A stretch of DNA of 64,000 bases from Nitrosopumilus sp. (GCA_965223425.1 CBDCWS010000001.1:40572-104571); one strand, 5' to 3'; positions 19,536 through 31,281 are shown, counted from the stretch's first letter. A program made the numbers and translations. Notes: generated by a model from the letters alone, not told the origin.

Positions 19536-20631
19536 ACGTGAGTTCGGAATAAAGATCTAGTTAACGGTAACCGGTAAGTCCTTGATTTCATCAAGTGCTC
19601 GCAGATTCAGTGATGGTTTTTTCTCCTGCCAAGTATAAGCAATCAACGCACATACTGTGTTGACTTGAAAGTTGACGAAACTCCGGTGGCGGGTATGTTC
19701 AAGTTGACTCTGGTTCTTTAGTTGATTAATAACCGACTCAACGAGCATCCGCTTTTTCAGCATGACTGCGTCGAAATCCGACAAGGGTTTGGGTTTCATA
19801 TGCTTACGAACCTTGTAGACTCAGAACAGACCTTGGGTTTCTAACGCCTCAGCGAGTTTCTGGGAAATATATCCCTTATCGCCATAAAGTTTTCCAAAGA
19901 GGCGTTGGGTCAACTTTGCGACGGGTCTGCGATCGTCTATGTTTGCGGGTGTTAACGCAACCCATAGAAGTTCGCCACGTTCGTTGATAACCAGATGGAG
20001 TTTGAACCCATAGAACCATCCCAGAGAGTTTTTTGAAAGTGCTGCCTCCTCAGCTCGGAAGTTGGAGAGGTTGCGAGGCTTCGGCTCGCAACCGATATAT
20101 CGGCGGTTGGCTGAAACCCAACCGCCTCTTCAACTTCCGCAGAAGACGCGATGCGCCGGGATGCGTCGGTTCTTACAGACTGCCACCGGTGTTGAGTCAA
20201 TGAATGAAAGACCGCTGCACTCTCGAAATCGCGTCTGAAGATAGACAGACAAGGGCAGCAATGCTTCTGACATGAGTTCAACGAAGCGGTTGTAGCTAAC
20301 CAGGTATGGAAATGCCCATCGCAGCTGAACCGCAACATGCTTTTGGTAATAGTGCTTGAAACTTCGATACCGACTTTGATGAAAGTCTACGAGTATCGTC
20401 ATCACCTCGCTAGTATGTAGGCGTCGGGTGCGTCGGCGTTTTTTCGCTGGATCCGAAACCGGTAGCGATCGTGGCATCATTTGTTTTTCAAACGCAAGAA
20501 AAAAGTCGTCAATCTCACAGAAAAGTGATATAATCGGCATGGAGAATTCCTTTGGGTAATGGGTTTAGCTTACCTCATTATACCAGAGGAGTTCTCTTTA
20601 TACGACACCCTATTTTTTATCGAACTCACGT
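19536..20631 (-). mobile_element. IS982-family element, inactivated by a cruciform insert and a TGA nonsense codon
   Basis: IRs ACGTGAGTTCG..AAA; ORF pieces 20130-20540 and 19557-19799 are homologous to 11642-12541. Confidence 0.9.
20055..20141. repeat. Cruciform MITE/REP-like insertion inside the IS982 transposase
   Basis: Terminal IR CGGAAGTTGGAGAGG / CCTCTTCAACTTCCG plus two inner hairpins; removal restores HRVF-AEEAALSKN-SLGW. Confidence 0.85.
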
Positions 20632-20728
20632 TAGTTTAACGCCTATAGATTTGAGTATACGGCTGATTACAGAGGAATCACACCTATATTTTTCTGCTAT
20701 CCTAACTGTTGACTAAAGTTTGGACAAT

Positions 20729-21776
20729 ATTAGACATTATAACGATTTAATTGTAGGTTTAGTTGGTTTATGATAAACTCAGAAGAAATACCGTCTTGGA
20801 GACCAACTGATGACCCGCTATGAAACACTCAAGACTAAACCAAAACGATTCCTGTCGCTGACAGGATATACACCCGAGGAGTTTTCGGCACTTCTTCCGT
20901 CCTTCTCCAAACGATTTTTAGAGTTCGTCGAAACACAGACGCTTGATGGCAAACGCCGAAAGAAGCGTCGGTACACTCTCTATAAAAACAGTTGCTTACC
21001 GAGTCGGGAAGATCAATTGCTCTTTATTTTGATTTACCTGCGAAAAGCCATGACGCAAGATGTCCTTGGTGAACTCTTCGGTATGTCTCAACCTGTCGCC
21101 AACAAATGGATTCATCGACTCTTGCCTGTGTTGAATCGTGCTTTGGCAGACCTTGGAGAGTTGCCATCACGGGAGACGACTCTCTCAACTGTTGACGCAT
21201 CTACGCAGATCTCGGCTAATACTCAGGCTTTGAAACACTTTTTTTCATGATGCCACGGAACGTCCGATTCAACGTCCAAAAGACGTAGAAGCACAACAGG
21301 CACATTACAGTGGTAAAAAGAAGCAACACACCGTCAAGAATAACTTGATGATTAATACCGATAGCAAAGTGGTGTTATTGACGCCTTGCTATGAAGGCAG
21401 GATACACGACAAGCGCATCGCCGATATGACGATCTATTTCCTGCCACGCGGTAGTTATTTGTATCAAGATTCAGGTTTTCAAGGTTTTTCAGTTCCGGGT
21501 GTCAAGATGATTCAACCAACGAAGAAACCCAAAGGTCGAGATCTGACGGTTCAAGAGAAAGCGAAGAATCGCGAGATTTCGTCAATACGCATACGCATTG
21601 AACACGCTATTAGTGGTATCAAAAGATACCGTATCGTCAAAGACAAGTTGCGCAACTACAAAAAAGGATTTACCGATTTAGTCATGGAAACTTGTTGTGG
21701 GTTACACAACTTTAGATTAAACTTCAGACCTTGGTCTTATCAGATACCTTGCGAGTAAATCATTATAATGTCTAAT
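20729..21776 (+). mobile_element. IS5-like (ISL2-type, HTH + DDE_4) element, two ORFs joined at a T7 run
   Basis: IRs ATTAGACATTATAACGATTTA / TAAATCATTATAATGTCTAAT; orfs 20810-21250 and ~21243-21758 (HDATERPIQRP..YSGKKK.HT, QDSGFQG, RIRIEH). Confidence 0.85.
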
Positions 21777-22520
21777 GACAAAATGGATGATGTTCTCACA
21801 CTAAAACGCCAGCGCGAGATTCAAGAAGTAGTCAAGCGACTTAAAGCATTTAAACCTACCAAGATAGCACTTGAGGTGGATTCAAAGCGCGACACTGAAG
21901 TCAATGCAAAATATCAAGGTTATATGAATGGGACATATAAACTCAAGCGGGGCGAAGGAGATCAGATTGGGTTTCGATTGGCAAAAGAGATGGAACATTC
22001 AAAGGTATATTGTGTGGATCATTTCCGCGATGATCATATGATTCGGAAGGATCGGGATCCACGTTTGACAGACCGTAGGGCATTTGCAAAGGCGCATAAT
22101 CAAGAGCATCTACTGTATACGCCGCCTGTTATCAATGGAAAAATGACAGAAGATGAAGAGGGTAAAACTTGGATTGAGTCTGAGAAATATGAGTCGATAC
22201 TCGACATGTATATCCAACACAACCGACCTGAATGGAACAATTTAAACCATCAGGCGTATCTACGACAGGCGCGTGTAGGGTTAGATGACGAATATCCGGG
22301 TGCGAATTGGCTGGCGTACTTTTGGTATCCTCGGAATCTGAAAATCTTCGTAAATCTGACGCGGATCACTGAGTCTACCGGCGATCGAATTCTGCTAATT
22401 ATCGGTGCTGGACATGGTTTCCTGATTCGGCAGTTCCTTGAGGACTCAGGAGATTACATCCTCGAAAGTCCCCTGAAATACTTGAATGCGAGCGATGCAG
22501 AGAAATCTTCATCCGAGTAG
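21768..22520 (+). CDS. DUF5694-like (TraB/GumN-related) protein, probably N-truncated by the IS
   Basis: DDVL..KRQREIQEVV.RL.AFKPTKIALE; WY.RNLKIF.NL; DRILLIIGAGH. Confidence 0.7.
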   Translation: MSNDKMDDVLTLKRQREIQEVVKRLKAFKPTKIALEVDSKRDTEVNAKYQGYMNGTYKLKRGEGDQIGFRLAKEMEHSKVYCVDHFRDDHMIRKDRDPRLTDRRAFAKAHNQEHLLYTPPVINGKMTEDEEGKTWIESEKYESILDMYIQHNRPEWNNLNHQAYLRQARVGLDDEYPGANWLAYFWYPRNLKIFVNLTRITESTGDRILLIIGAGHGFLIRQFLEDSGDYILESPLKYLNASDAEKSSSE

Positions 22521-22596
22521 ACCGATTGAGCGGATAATTTGCGGAACTCGTGTGGTGTGCTTACGCACTACTCCGATGCCTGATTCTATGTAACTA

Positions 22597-22746
22597 TTAT
22601 CGCTTCCCATCCTTAAACCGTGCGATAGTGTCCCGTTCGGCTAACTCTGCCTTGGCGTAATGGGCAGGCATCTCGGACAACTTCCAACGTCCTGCGACTT
22701 GCATATCGACGACGGTTGCCCCGGCTTGGGCAAGTGAGACGGCAGA
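22597..22746 (-). pseudogene. 3' tail of a Cre-like tyrosine recombinase (remnant A)
   Basis: Translates SAVSLAQAGATVVDMQVAGRWKLSEMPAHYAKAELAERDTIARFKDGKR*, homologous to the end of 35709-36480. Confidence 0.85.
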
Positions 22747-22851
22747 GAGACTAATTGTTGTGTTGCTGAATGTAACGAAAATAGACGAATGTTATCTTCA
22801 TAATGTGGTTTTGCGGAATATACACCAAAAACGCATCAAGCCGTCAGTCCA

Positions 22852-23625
22852 TCAAAAAGTGCTATATTTGGGATCCGTTTTTAGTGCTGCCCAAGTGATA
22901 GCGAGTTTTCCGGCACTTTCGACAGATACACCGATGGTTGCTAGCTTTTTGATTTCATCGGCGTTGAGTGTGAGATTATAAATCATGACTTCGTCGATTA
23001 CCCCTCGGAAATATCTGGCACCACAGCATTCATCCCAACCGAATTTTAGGTTCATGACTGTCTGTTGGATATGCTCAATCTCATTCACTGGAGTTTCAAG
23101 TGTGTCGGTCGCTGCGTGATAAACGTAACTTGTTGCTTTCTCGGGTTGAATCGTTATCGCGACGAAAGCCCATTCATCTTGCGGAATGCGCGGTGCGCCT
23201 TGCCAACCATAGGTATGTGCTGAATTATTGTTCCATACATACGCCAAGGTGCCGTTCTCGGAAACTCCCATCCAGAACGGGGTTTGACTTCGGCCGACAA
23301 CGATACCTGACCAGTCCTCGGTTTTCTAACCGTTGATCCAAGCACCTACCGTAATCGTGTCTGTAAGGAGATAAAACGCATCGTTAACGACGACATGTCC
23401 GTCAAACCCGTTAACTTCAACGGCACCATTTACTTGACCATTGGCAGTCCACTTTGCCCCGTTCTTCAATTCAACATGGTTTCCATTACCGGATCTATCT
23501 TCCCCATTACCATCCAGTGGCCAGTAGCCGACAAGTCCTTCCATGAGTTCTGCCGCTGGGTCGTTGATACACCAAACGCTCATGGCGAATGCAAGGACAG
23601 TAATAACTCGCAAATTTTCTGACAC
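22852..23625 (-). pseudogene. LamG/concanavalin-like secreted protein with an in-frame TAG (23326-23328)
   Basis: LVGYWPLDG..D.SGNGNH; FRGVIDEVMIYNLTL; C-terminal GKLAITWAALK; the two ORF pieces are in the same frame. Confidence 0.85.
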
Positions 23626-23664
23626 TTCAGGTCTTCTCCTTGTTTGATATTATTGTGCGCTTGT

Positions 23665-23853
23665 GCCGCGTTCGGCGAGTTCAGTTTTAGCGTAGTGTGC
23701 TGGCATTTGTGAGGATTTCCAGCGTCCTGCGACTTGCATATCGACGACAGTTGCGCCGGCTTGTGCGAGCGAGACCGCTGAACCGACGCGCAGGGAATGC
23801 CCGGATATGAAACCATCCACGCCAGCATCAGCTGCCCGCTTTTTGATATGCGT
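23665..23853 (-). pseudogene. Near-3' fragment of a Cre-like tyrosine recombinase (remnant B)
   Basis: IKKRAADAGVDGFISGHSLRVGSAVSLAQAG...HYAKTELAERG. Confidence 0.85.
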
Positions 23854-23889
23854 AGAATAAGTGTATGGGATGTATCCTGATTATCGCTA

Positions 23890-26871
23890 CTAATTGGATT
23901 CTTCAAGTGTAAAACGTAGCACGCCGCTGCCTATAGTGCCGACATAAAGCACATTTCTATCAACAGCGAGAGAGGTAATGAGGACGGGAATCGCCGGTGT
24001 AACTTGTTGCCATGTATCAGAATTCTCTTTCAGTTGATATACCTGTTGATTGCTTGTTCCATACACTGTTGTTCCGTCCACAGCGAATTTGTCTATAATG
24101 ACTGGTGTGCCTTCCAGATCGGTTGCCGTATGCCAGTGCATCCCGTCGTCCGAATGTACGACACCCTTATCGGTTGCGACATAGACAGTTGATCCAGCAA
24201 AGACGATTGTGTTGAAGGCGGTAACAGAAAACGGGAGATCCGCGGTGACATCGCTCCACGTGTTTCCTTCATCAAAAGATTGAAAGAGGCGTCCATCGTG
24301 TTTGCCAACGTAAACGATTTCATCTAAGGCGGCAAGTTTGAGAGATAAGGTAGAAAAATCGCTTACACTATCAAAATCGTAAGTCGAATTACCTTCATCT
24401 GTTAATCCGGTATCATACCATTCAGTCATGCCGGGTTTCCATCTGAGGAGTTTCTGACCGAATGGCATATAGTAAGCAGAATTGCTGACGGCGAAACTCC
24501 CGAAAAGCGAGTACATAAGTTCAGCCAAGCTTTCCTCTATGATTTCACTGTAATCTTCACTGGATGTATCTACATTAACATCTTTAGTATTTAGTTTTTT
24601 CCTTTCTCCAATGTTTTTCTGGTCATCATCTTGAACTGTTTCCGAAAACATATTTTTATTTTTTTCTTTTATCAACTCGTTATAGTCTGATATCTTTAAA
24701 ACTGGCATTCCTGAGACAGAGAGTAATGTGTTGTCCTCGGCAGATAGATGGAAAAGTTGAGGCGATATTTCTTTTACTCCTCTGGCATAAACCACATCCT
24801 CGAATTTCATAATACTTGTGACGTTGTCTATTCCAGCCGAAACATCGACCCACGATTCACCACCATCAGATGAAGAGACTAGCGTTCCTTCAATGTTCGC
24901 GTAGAGTACATTATCCGCAGAAACCAAATTTAGCACAGTTGTCTTTACCAAACCTGTATTAAATGGGTGCCATGTTCTGCCCGCATCGGTCGTGTGATAG
25001 ATCCCAGACGTCCCGCTTTTGTAGAAAGTATTCGCATCCAAAGACACAAGCGTGGAGACGTCTCCTATATTCGGGGTATTTGCCCAAGTTTCACCTGAAT
25101 CGTTTGAGTAATAAGTATTTCTTATGTCTACAATCAAAAGGTTATTTTCTGATGCTATCATTATAATGTCCAAAATCTTTTCTATTTCTGCCGTGTTAAA
25201 GTCAAAGCCATTTTCGTCTGAGGAATCTATCTTCGTGAAGTCTAATGGCTGCCACGAATCGCCTAAATCCCCTGACCGATAAAGTGAGGGAGACACCTCA
25301 TCTCTCTCTCTTATTGACATTGCTATGAAGGACGGCGAAATGGTCTGACTCTTGGGCTCTCGTCCTACAACAACATAGAGTTGATCTTCAGCACTTGTTA
25401 ATGCTCTAATATTCTCAGCATTTCCCACTGATAAATGTTCCCAACCCTCTGAACGGCGACGATAGAGTCCAGCATCGGTCCCGACAAACAGTGTGTTTCC
25501 AATGGCGGTGATTGCATGAATCTTTCTATCACTAATGTCGTCGTTCAATGATGTCCAAGATTTCCCAGCATCTGCAGATTGGAATACACCATTAACAAGC
25601 CCTAAGTAAAGTGCCTCATCCGTTATGACGATTCCAATTAACTGTCCCTCTGGGCGCGTTCCCAACATATTCCACGTCTCACCCCTATCAAGGGATGTGA
25701 GCACCTGTGTATCGGAGATGGCGTAGAGGGTATTATTCTGTTCTGTCATTTGCCACGATCCTTGAATAGGAATACTACTGTTGACACGACGCCACGCGTT
25801 TGTGTCGTCGGTTGATCTGTAGAGATCTGTGTTTGCTACAGCGTAAAGATCTCTGTTAGATGCAATAAACAGATTTTGCACGCTACCGCCTTCGGGACCG
25901 CCTGTCTGTACCCATTGAGGACTTGGAGTCGGAATCTCTGTTGTGTCAACAGGTACTGTGGTAAAAAGCGATGCGTCTGGTTTCTGTCCTGCCCCTGGAT
26001 TTTTACCCGGAGTATCTGAGTTTCCCGCTTGACTCCGAACCGCAGGTTTCGCGGGTGAATCTAAAACGAAAACCGCATCAATAATTTCAACCTTCGGTTC
26101 CGAAACAGCGTCGAGGCTGTAAGGCTTCTGGAAACGTGAGAGGTACTGTGTCCCAACACCCATCAGTAGGAAAATCAAAACAGCAGAAGCGGCAGAAAGT
26201 GCCAAAGGTGCTATAGGTTTACTCACAGAGGTTGAAATCGGGGGCATACGCGAAACTTCGCGCATGATGTTTTCCGCCCACTGATCCGGGAGTTGGAAGC
26301 TCCCAAGATTGTGTTGAATCACGTCTTCCTCTGTTCTCAGGCGATTGCGTGCGCGACTGAGACGACTTTTAACCGTATTCTGGGAGACACCGAGAAACTC
26401 GCTAATGACTTTGATCGTCATCTCACCGAGATAATAGAGCGTCATTACCGTCCGTTCACTTTCTGGCAGTTTTTCGAGCAGTTCCTTGACGACTTCGCGC
26501 CGCGTTTCATCAGCATCCGCTTCCCGTTTTTCTTCTACATATTGAGAATATGACACTTGATCCACCTCGCTAGCATCGGTTTCCTCCAAGGACTGTTCCG
26601 GTAGGGCACGCTTTCGGAGCCAATCACGACTCATGTTCGCGGCAATCACATAGAGCCATCCCGGGAATTGCTTATGATTTTTCAATGTTCCGAGCTTCTC
26701 ATACGCTTTGAGAAATGCATCTTGGGCAATCTCTTGCGCGATGTGAAAGTCGCCGACCTTCCGCCATACAAGCGCGTGTACCCCTTTCTGATACTTCTTA
26801 ACTAACGGACCGAATGCGTCCTGATTTCCCTGTAATATCTGTTGAATGAGTTCAGCATCGCTTTGTGCCAC
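23890..26871 (-). CDS. ECF sigma-70 factor fused through a TM segment to a BNR/YCF48-like beta-propeller
   Basis: Region 2 (AQEIAQDAFLKAY) and region 4 (IKVISEFLGVSQNTVKSRLSRAR); TM at about aa 225-245; repeated S.D.G.TW motifs. Confidence 0.9.
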   Translation of the reverse strand: MAQSDAELIQQILQGNQDAFGPLVKKYQKGVHALVWRKVGDFHIAQEIAQDAFLKAYEKLGTLKNHKQFPGWLYVIAANMSRDWLRKRALPEQSLEETDASEVDQVSYSQYVEEKREADADETRREVVKELLEKLPESERTVMTLYYLGEMTIKVISEFLGVSQNTVKSRLSRARNRLRTEEDVIQHNLGSFQLPDQWAENIMREVSRMPPISTSVSKPIAPLALSAASAVLIFLLMGVGTQYLSRFQKPYSLDAVSEPKVEIIDAVFVLDSPAKPAVRSQAGNSDTPGKNPGAGQKPDASLFTTVPVDTTEIPTPSPQWVQTGGPEGGSVQNLFIASNRDLYAVANTDLYRSTDDTNAWRRVNSSIPIQGSWQMTEQNNTLYAISDTQVLTSLDRGETWNMLGTRPEGQLIGIVITDEALYLGLVNGVFQSADAGKSWTSLNDDISDRKIHAITAIGNTLFVGTDAGLYRRRSEGWEHLSVGNAENIRALTSAEDQLYVVVGREPKSQTISPSFIAMSIRERDEVSPSLYRSGDLGDSWQPLDFTKIDSSDENGFDFNTAEIEKILDIIMIASENNLLIVDIRNTYYSNDSGETWANTPNIGDVSTLVSLDANTFYKSGTSGIYHTTDAGRTWHPFNTGLVKTTVLNLVSADNVLYANIEGTLVSSSDGGESWVDVSAGIDNVTSIMKFEDVVYARGVKEISPQLFHLSAEDNTLLSVSGMPVLKISDYNELIKEKNKNMFSETVQDDDQKNIGERKKLNTKDVNVDTSSEDYSEIIEESLAELMYSLFGSFAVSNSAYYMPFGQKLLRWKPGMTEWYDTGLTDEGNSTYDFDSVSDFSTLSLKLAALDEIVYVGKHDGRLFQSFDEGNTWSDVTADLPFSVTAFNTIVFAGSTVYVATDKGVVHSDDGMHWHTATDLEGTPVIIDKFAVDGTTVYGTSNQQVYQLKENSDTWQQVTPAIPVLITSLAVDRNVLYVGTIGSGVLRFTLEESN

Positions 26872-27018
26872 TACAAGTATCCTCCGGAATCATAATTGTC
26901 TCTTAATTTACTAAACTTTGGACAATTTTCAGTAAGTTGCTTGAAGCCGCGTGAAACCCAACGACTGTCATAGAATCTCTGCTTATGTTTTAGAATGCGG
27001 CGTATCCTTTCAGGGCAC

Positions 27019-27099
27019 ATAGCACTCCGCTGGCGTGCGAGGGTTTGTGTATACTTTTTCTATTCTCACTGTGAAGCAATAGCACTCCGCTGGCGTGCG
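27019..27099. repeat. Two direct copies of ATAGCACTCCGCTGGCGTGCG (REP/MITE-like)
   Basis: Copies at 27019-27039 and 27079-27099. Confidence 0.65.
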
Positions 27100-27720
27100 G
27101 TATTTTTCTCAGAGTTCCGAGAGTTGTGAAACCTGCGGAAAAATACACAATCCTTTGAAAACTCAACTTGCACGTGACATGAATTGTCCAAACTTTAGTC
27201 TTAATTTAGGTGACGTAATTTTAATATCAAAAGGTTGCAAGCCTCATAGGGAATGTGGAAACGATCCGGAAATTAATGCTATTAAATGCGATCAAAGAAG
27301 CAGCAAACATCGTAATTTCAATTTTGTGTAAAGGCGTAAACCCGCGTGTGCATTGGGTTTGTTGGTAAACCGATGTCCTCGTTTTTCCACACGATGCAAC
27401 CTTCCCACAGCCGAAAATCGTCACCTTAATCAAAGGCGGTTAGATTCAGCGAAGTTGCTACTGGCTATCTAAAAGCACTTCTATTTTATACGACACAACT
27501 TTCATTTTACAGGAGAAAACCATGCGATTTGTAATAATTAACCTGTTTCTGGTCTGTTTGCTACTGCTCGGCATCGGTTACCTTGCTTTCGGTGATGCTG
27601 TGTGTGTAACAAAACCTAAATCCAACAATCACCTGTACATTCACCATGTAGACGCTATGTTCTGTGAAGTATCTTTAGAAACCTTCTGAGATATATGCAC
27701 GATTTAAGGAGATTTAGAAA

Positions 27721-28989
27721 ATGACTACAGTAATTTTGCAATCAAAAACTCGCGATTCCATCCGCTTGTGGGGCAAGACAATAACGCTTCTGTTAGCAGC
27801 TTTATTGATGACTTTGGGTTTTCAACTTTCACCTCATACCGAGGCAAATCAGTTTCTCTTTGATATGGAGGCGATTAAAGATGCGGGCAGCTTAGCAGTG
27901 AAACTCCAAGATACACGCGCTATGGTATCCAAATCTATCAGTGTGCAATTATCCAATGATACACAGGGATTGTTGGTTGCATACAATGGTACCAGCAGCC
28001 CGTCCACGGAGCTACAGAAGGCACTGCTTTCAGATCTGAATCGGCTTCTTCAAGTCGGATCACTCTACGATGCCCAACTGTTCGCCGGTGTTGAACTTAG
28101 CGAACAGACGCAGGTACTCATCGCGCAAAACCCACAAAATCAGGATGCGCTGGTTCATCTAAACCGTCTTCTCTTAGCAGATGCCTACCCTCATGAATTT
28201 GCATCGCTTTCAGAGCAACAACCCTATCAACATTCTAAAGGGATCGAGGCATGCAGAGAAAATCTGAGGCAGATAACACTCGCGCGTAAAAACTACCAGT
28301 CTTCCAACGCAAATTCCGAGCCGCGGTGGCTTTCTGAACTGTCTCCGCAATATTTGGACGAAAAAATGCTTCTCTGCCCTGCAGACGCAACAGCAGGGAG
28401 ACCCGGTGTTCTCACCGAAGATGCCGCAGACCCAGCACTGCCGTGCAGTTATCTCTATGAGGCGCGCCCCTCCAAGAAAACAGATCAAGAAATTCTCTGG
28501 GCGGACGAAGGTAAGATGACCCCCATCGTGCGATGCCAACACCATCATCTCAATTTAAGCCTCAGCGGTAAACTCTATCGGAACGGACCGCAAAGAGGCA
28601 TCTATACGAGTAACAAAACGGGATTTTCCTTGCTAAATGACTTCTTGCGGGACTTAAGCACACAACGTGGAGAAGCATTTCTCAAGACGCAAGAGGGTAG
28701 GATCCAACTAAAACGAGCAACCGAAGAATTAATTCTCAATAAATTTGTGCCAAAAATGCTTAGAAACGTGAAGAAAGAAATCACTTCTCAGCTTGAAGCG
28801 CAACTCGGAAAAGACCTACTCAAAACCCCAATGGGCACAGATATATTCAAACAAGTATACGTGCAGGTAACCGATGTTATTGAGGAAAAACTACTCGCTC
28901 AACTTCAAGCACAACTTGGAGCAGAATTTTTTCAGACGCAAGAGGGGCAAGGTGTCCAACAGCAGTTGTCTGCGTTAATGTCGCCTTGA
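27721..28989 (+). CDS. Secreted protein with a pseudopilin-like core
   Basis: Signal/TM N-terminus; C.ENLRQI..A..NY...P.WLSEL.P.YL....LLCPAD motif. Confidence 0.6.
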   Translation: MTTVILQSKTRDSIRLWGKTITLLLAALLMTLGFQLSPHTEANQFLFDMEAIKDAGSLAVKLQDTRAMVSKSISVQLSNDTQGLLVAYNGTSSPSTELQKALLSDLNRLLQVGSLYDAQLFAGVELSEQTQVLIAQNPQNQDALVHLNRLLLADAYPHEFASLSEQQPYQHSKGIEACRENLRQITLARKNYQSSNANSEPRWLSELSPQYLDEKMLLCPADATAGRPGVLTEDAADPALPCSYLYEARPSKKTDQEILWADEGKMTPIVRCQHHHLNLSLSGKLYRNGPQRGIYTSNKTGFSLLNDFLRDLSTQRGEAFLKTQEGRIQLKRATEELILNKFVPKMLRNVKKEITSQLEAQLGKDLLKTPMGTDIFKQVYVQVTDVIEEKLLAQLQAQLGAEFFQTQEGQGVQQQLSALMSP

Positions 28990-29072
28990 TGGACTACCCT
29001 TCAAAGGAATCTATGTACGATTGCTATTTCAAAGATTAACGACTCATCTAAAAAAATAGAGGAGAAAAGACC

Positions 29073-30503
29073 ATGTTAATGACTTTGATTCAAAAAGAGA
29101 TTATGCATCATGTTCTCAGCGTCCGGTTCGTCGCACTCCTGATAATGTGTATGCTCCTTGTCCCGCTCACCCTTTCTATCAATTATCGTAGGTATAACCA
29201 GAACCTCGTTGACTACCAGGAATCGGTGAAACGCACACAGGCAGAAGCGAAGGAAAATCCACCGAATGCGCAGGATCCAAATGCAGAGGTATCCAAACTT
29301 TTCCTCAAGCCGACACCGTTAAGCATCTTCGCAAATGGTTTAGAGGAGGCACTGCCTACCTACCTTGGTATGACACGTAATGGGGTTCGGCAAGGTTCAA
29401 CAGGGCTTGCGCAGGCATCCCTGTCATACGCGCTCGGGAATCTTGATTTTCTGTTTATTGTGGGAACTGTATTCAGTTTGCTGGCACTGCTGTTTACGTT
29501 TGACGCTGTTGCCGGAGAGAGAGAAGCTGGAACACTTCGGATAAACCTATCGAATTCGCTTCCTCGAGATGTGTTCTTGTGGAGCAAGTTGATCGGAGGA
29601 TACACTGTATTTGTTATTCCGTTTTTGGTGTCTTTCCTTTTGGGGTTGCTTTTTCTCGTCTGGCAGGGCTTTCCATTAGGCGAATTCAAGATTGCGCTGC
29701 CAGTGGTGGGTCTCACGGTTATATCGTTGCTCTACATTGCCGTATTTTTTGCAATAGGCGTGTTCATTTCAACCTATCTCGACAATTCCAAGACTGCACT
29801 CATCATTGCTTTTACCTTTTGGGTGTTTGCGGTGCTGATTGTGCCACGCGGGGCGTTTGTGATTGCTAAACTTGTCGCACCCACTCGGACAGAGCAGTCT
29901 GTTTATACGGAAAAGATGGCACTTCGCAATAACTTGACGAAAGATAAGGAAGAAAAGATTCAGAAAAAGATGGTTGGCACCTTGGGGACCAGTTTTACGC
30001 TAAACGACCCAAAGACGCAAGAAAGATTGGACGAAATCAGAAAACCGATTGAGGAACAGTTTCGAGTAAATTTCCAGAATCAAACCGAGAAGATTGACAA
30101 GAACTACCAGCGCGAGAAGGATCGGCAAGAGCAAGTTGGAGAGATGCTTTCTCGGATCGCACCCACGTCTTCTCTGATCTATTGTGTGATGAACCTAACA
30201 CAAACGGGCAAGTTGAAGAGGGATGTCTACTTTCAAACCGGTGAGCGGTACTACAATCAACTGGATGGTTCGTATTTCAGCGAAATTTCTGACGATACGC
30301 TGGCACAGCTACTACAATTGACGAATCGGATGAATTCCGATTCTGAGTCAGAAAAAAATAAAATCACGCCGCCACCAACGCTGGCAGAACCGGCTTTATC
30401 GGAAACGTTGCGTGGTTCTACAGCAGACGTGTTCTTGCTCTGTCTTTTTGCCTTAGTGTTTACGACGGTAGCTTTTCTGAAGTTCTTCAGGTCCGATATT
30501 TAA
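29073..30503 (+). CDS. ABC-2 type transporter permease
   Basis: LI.KE N-terminus, FDAVAGEREAGTLR motif, multiple TM helices. Confidence 0.9.
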   Translation: MLMTLIQKEIMHHVLSVRFVALLIMCMLLVPLTLSINYRRYNQNLVDYQESVKRTQAEAKENPPNAQDPNAEVSKLFLKPTPLSIFANGLEEALPTYLGMTRNGVRQGSTGLAQASLSYALGNLDFLFIVGTVFSLLALLFTFDAVAGEREAGTLRINLSNSLPRDVFLWSKLIGGYTVFVIPFLVSFLLGLLFLVWQGFPLGEFKIALPVVGLTVISLLYIAVFFAIGVFISTYLDNSKTALIIAFTFWVFAVLIVPRGAFVIAKLVAPTRTEQSVYTEKMALRNNLTKDKEEKIQKKMVGTLGTSFTLNDPKTQERLDEIRKPIEEQFRVNFQNQTEKIDKNYQREKDRQEQVGEMLSRIAPTSSLIYCVMNLTQTGKLKRDVYFQTGERYYNQLDGSYFSEISDDTLAQLLQLTNRMNSDSESEKNKITPPPTLAEPALSETLRGSTADVFLLCLFALVFTTVAFLKFFRSDI

Positions 30504-30546
30504 TACAGTCACACCCCATAAACAAATGAACCAGAGGAGAAAACCC

Positions 30547-31281
30547 ATGTTAGAAACCCGCGACCTTACGAAAGTCTACAACGAAGACGTTTTAGCCGTC
30601 AACAATTTGAATCTGAAAGTAGACGACGGCGAAATCTATGTCGTTCTCGGTGCGAATGGTGCCGGGAAAAGCACGACGATGTCGATGCTCCTGAACTTCA
30701 TCGAACCCTCAAGCGGTACGGCACTTGTAGATGATATCGAGATTCCAAAGTTCCCACTTGAGGCAAAAAAGCACCTCGCTTACATCTCCGAGAACGTCGA
30801 ACTTTATCGCAACTTCACGGCGCGGCAAAACCTGACCTTCTTCGCGAAACTCGGTGGACGCAAGAAGGTATCCAATGCAGAAATTGATGCCACCCTTGGA
30901 CGTGTCGGTTTGCCGGAGGCGGCTTTTGGGTGGCGCGTCAAAACCTTCTCCAAAGGGATGCGTCAACGTCTGGGTATCGCGATCACAATTATGAAGAACG
31001 CACGAGCCATATTACTTGATGAACCGACCTCAGGGCTGGATCCCAAGGGCGGTGCCGATTTCCTGAATCTGCTCCGCGAGTTAAGAGAAGAAGGGAAATC
31101 TGTCTTTATGTCCACGCACGACATCTTCCGAGCAAAGGAGATCGCCGACAGAATCGGTATCCTCGTGCAAGGCAATCTCGAACGAGAGTTAACCCGCGAA
31201 GAAATCCAAAAAGAAGACCTTGAGGCGTTGTATCTCCACTATGTTGCTGGATACGAACCTGAAGAAGATGCCGCCGCATAG
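30547..31281 (+). CDS. ABC transporter ATP-binding protein
   Basis: Walker A GANGAGKS, signature FSKGMRQR, Walker B LLDEPT. Confidence 0.95.
   Translation: MLETRDLTKVYNEDVLAVNNLNLKVDDGEIYVVLGANGAGKSTTMSMLLNFIEPSSGTALVDDIEIPKFPLEAKKHLAYISENVELYRNFTARQNLTFFAKLGGRKKVSNAEIDATLGRVGLPEAAFGWRVKTFSKGMRQRLGIAITIMKNARAILLDEPTSGLDPKGGADFLNLLRELREEGKSVFMSTHDIFRAKEIADRIGILVQGNLERELTREEIQKEDLEALYLHYVAGYEPEEDAAA

Noticed and set aside
23326-23328. Amber recoding or readthrough (in-frame TAG here and at 41619)
   Set aside because: TAG terminates normal genes in this window, the 41 kb gene has other lesions, and TGG-to-TAG is a simple transition; pseudogenisation is more parsimonious.
27095-27690. Intact genes between the ECF fusion and the operon
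   Set aside because: Only short remnants (an oxidoreductase-like MIKVTIFGCGKV start and a 55-aa signal-peptide ORF); not called.
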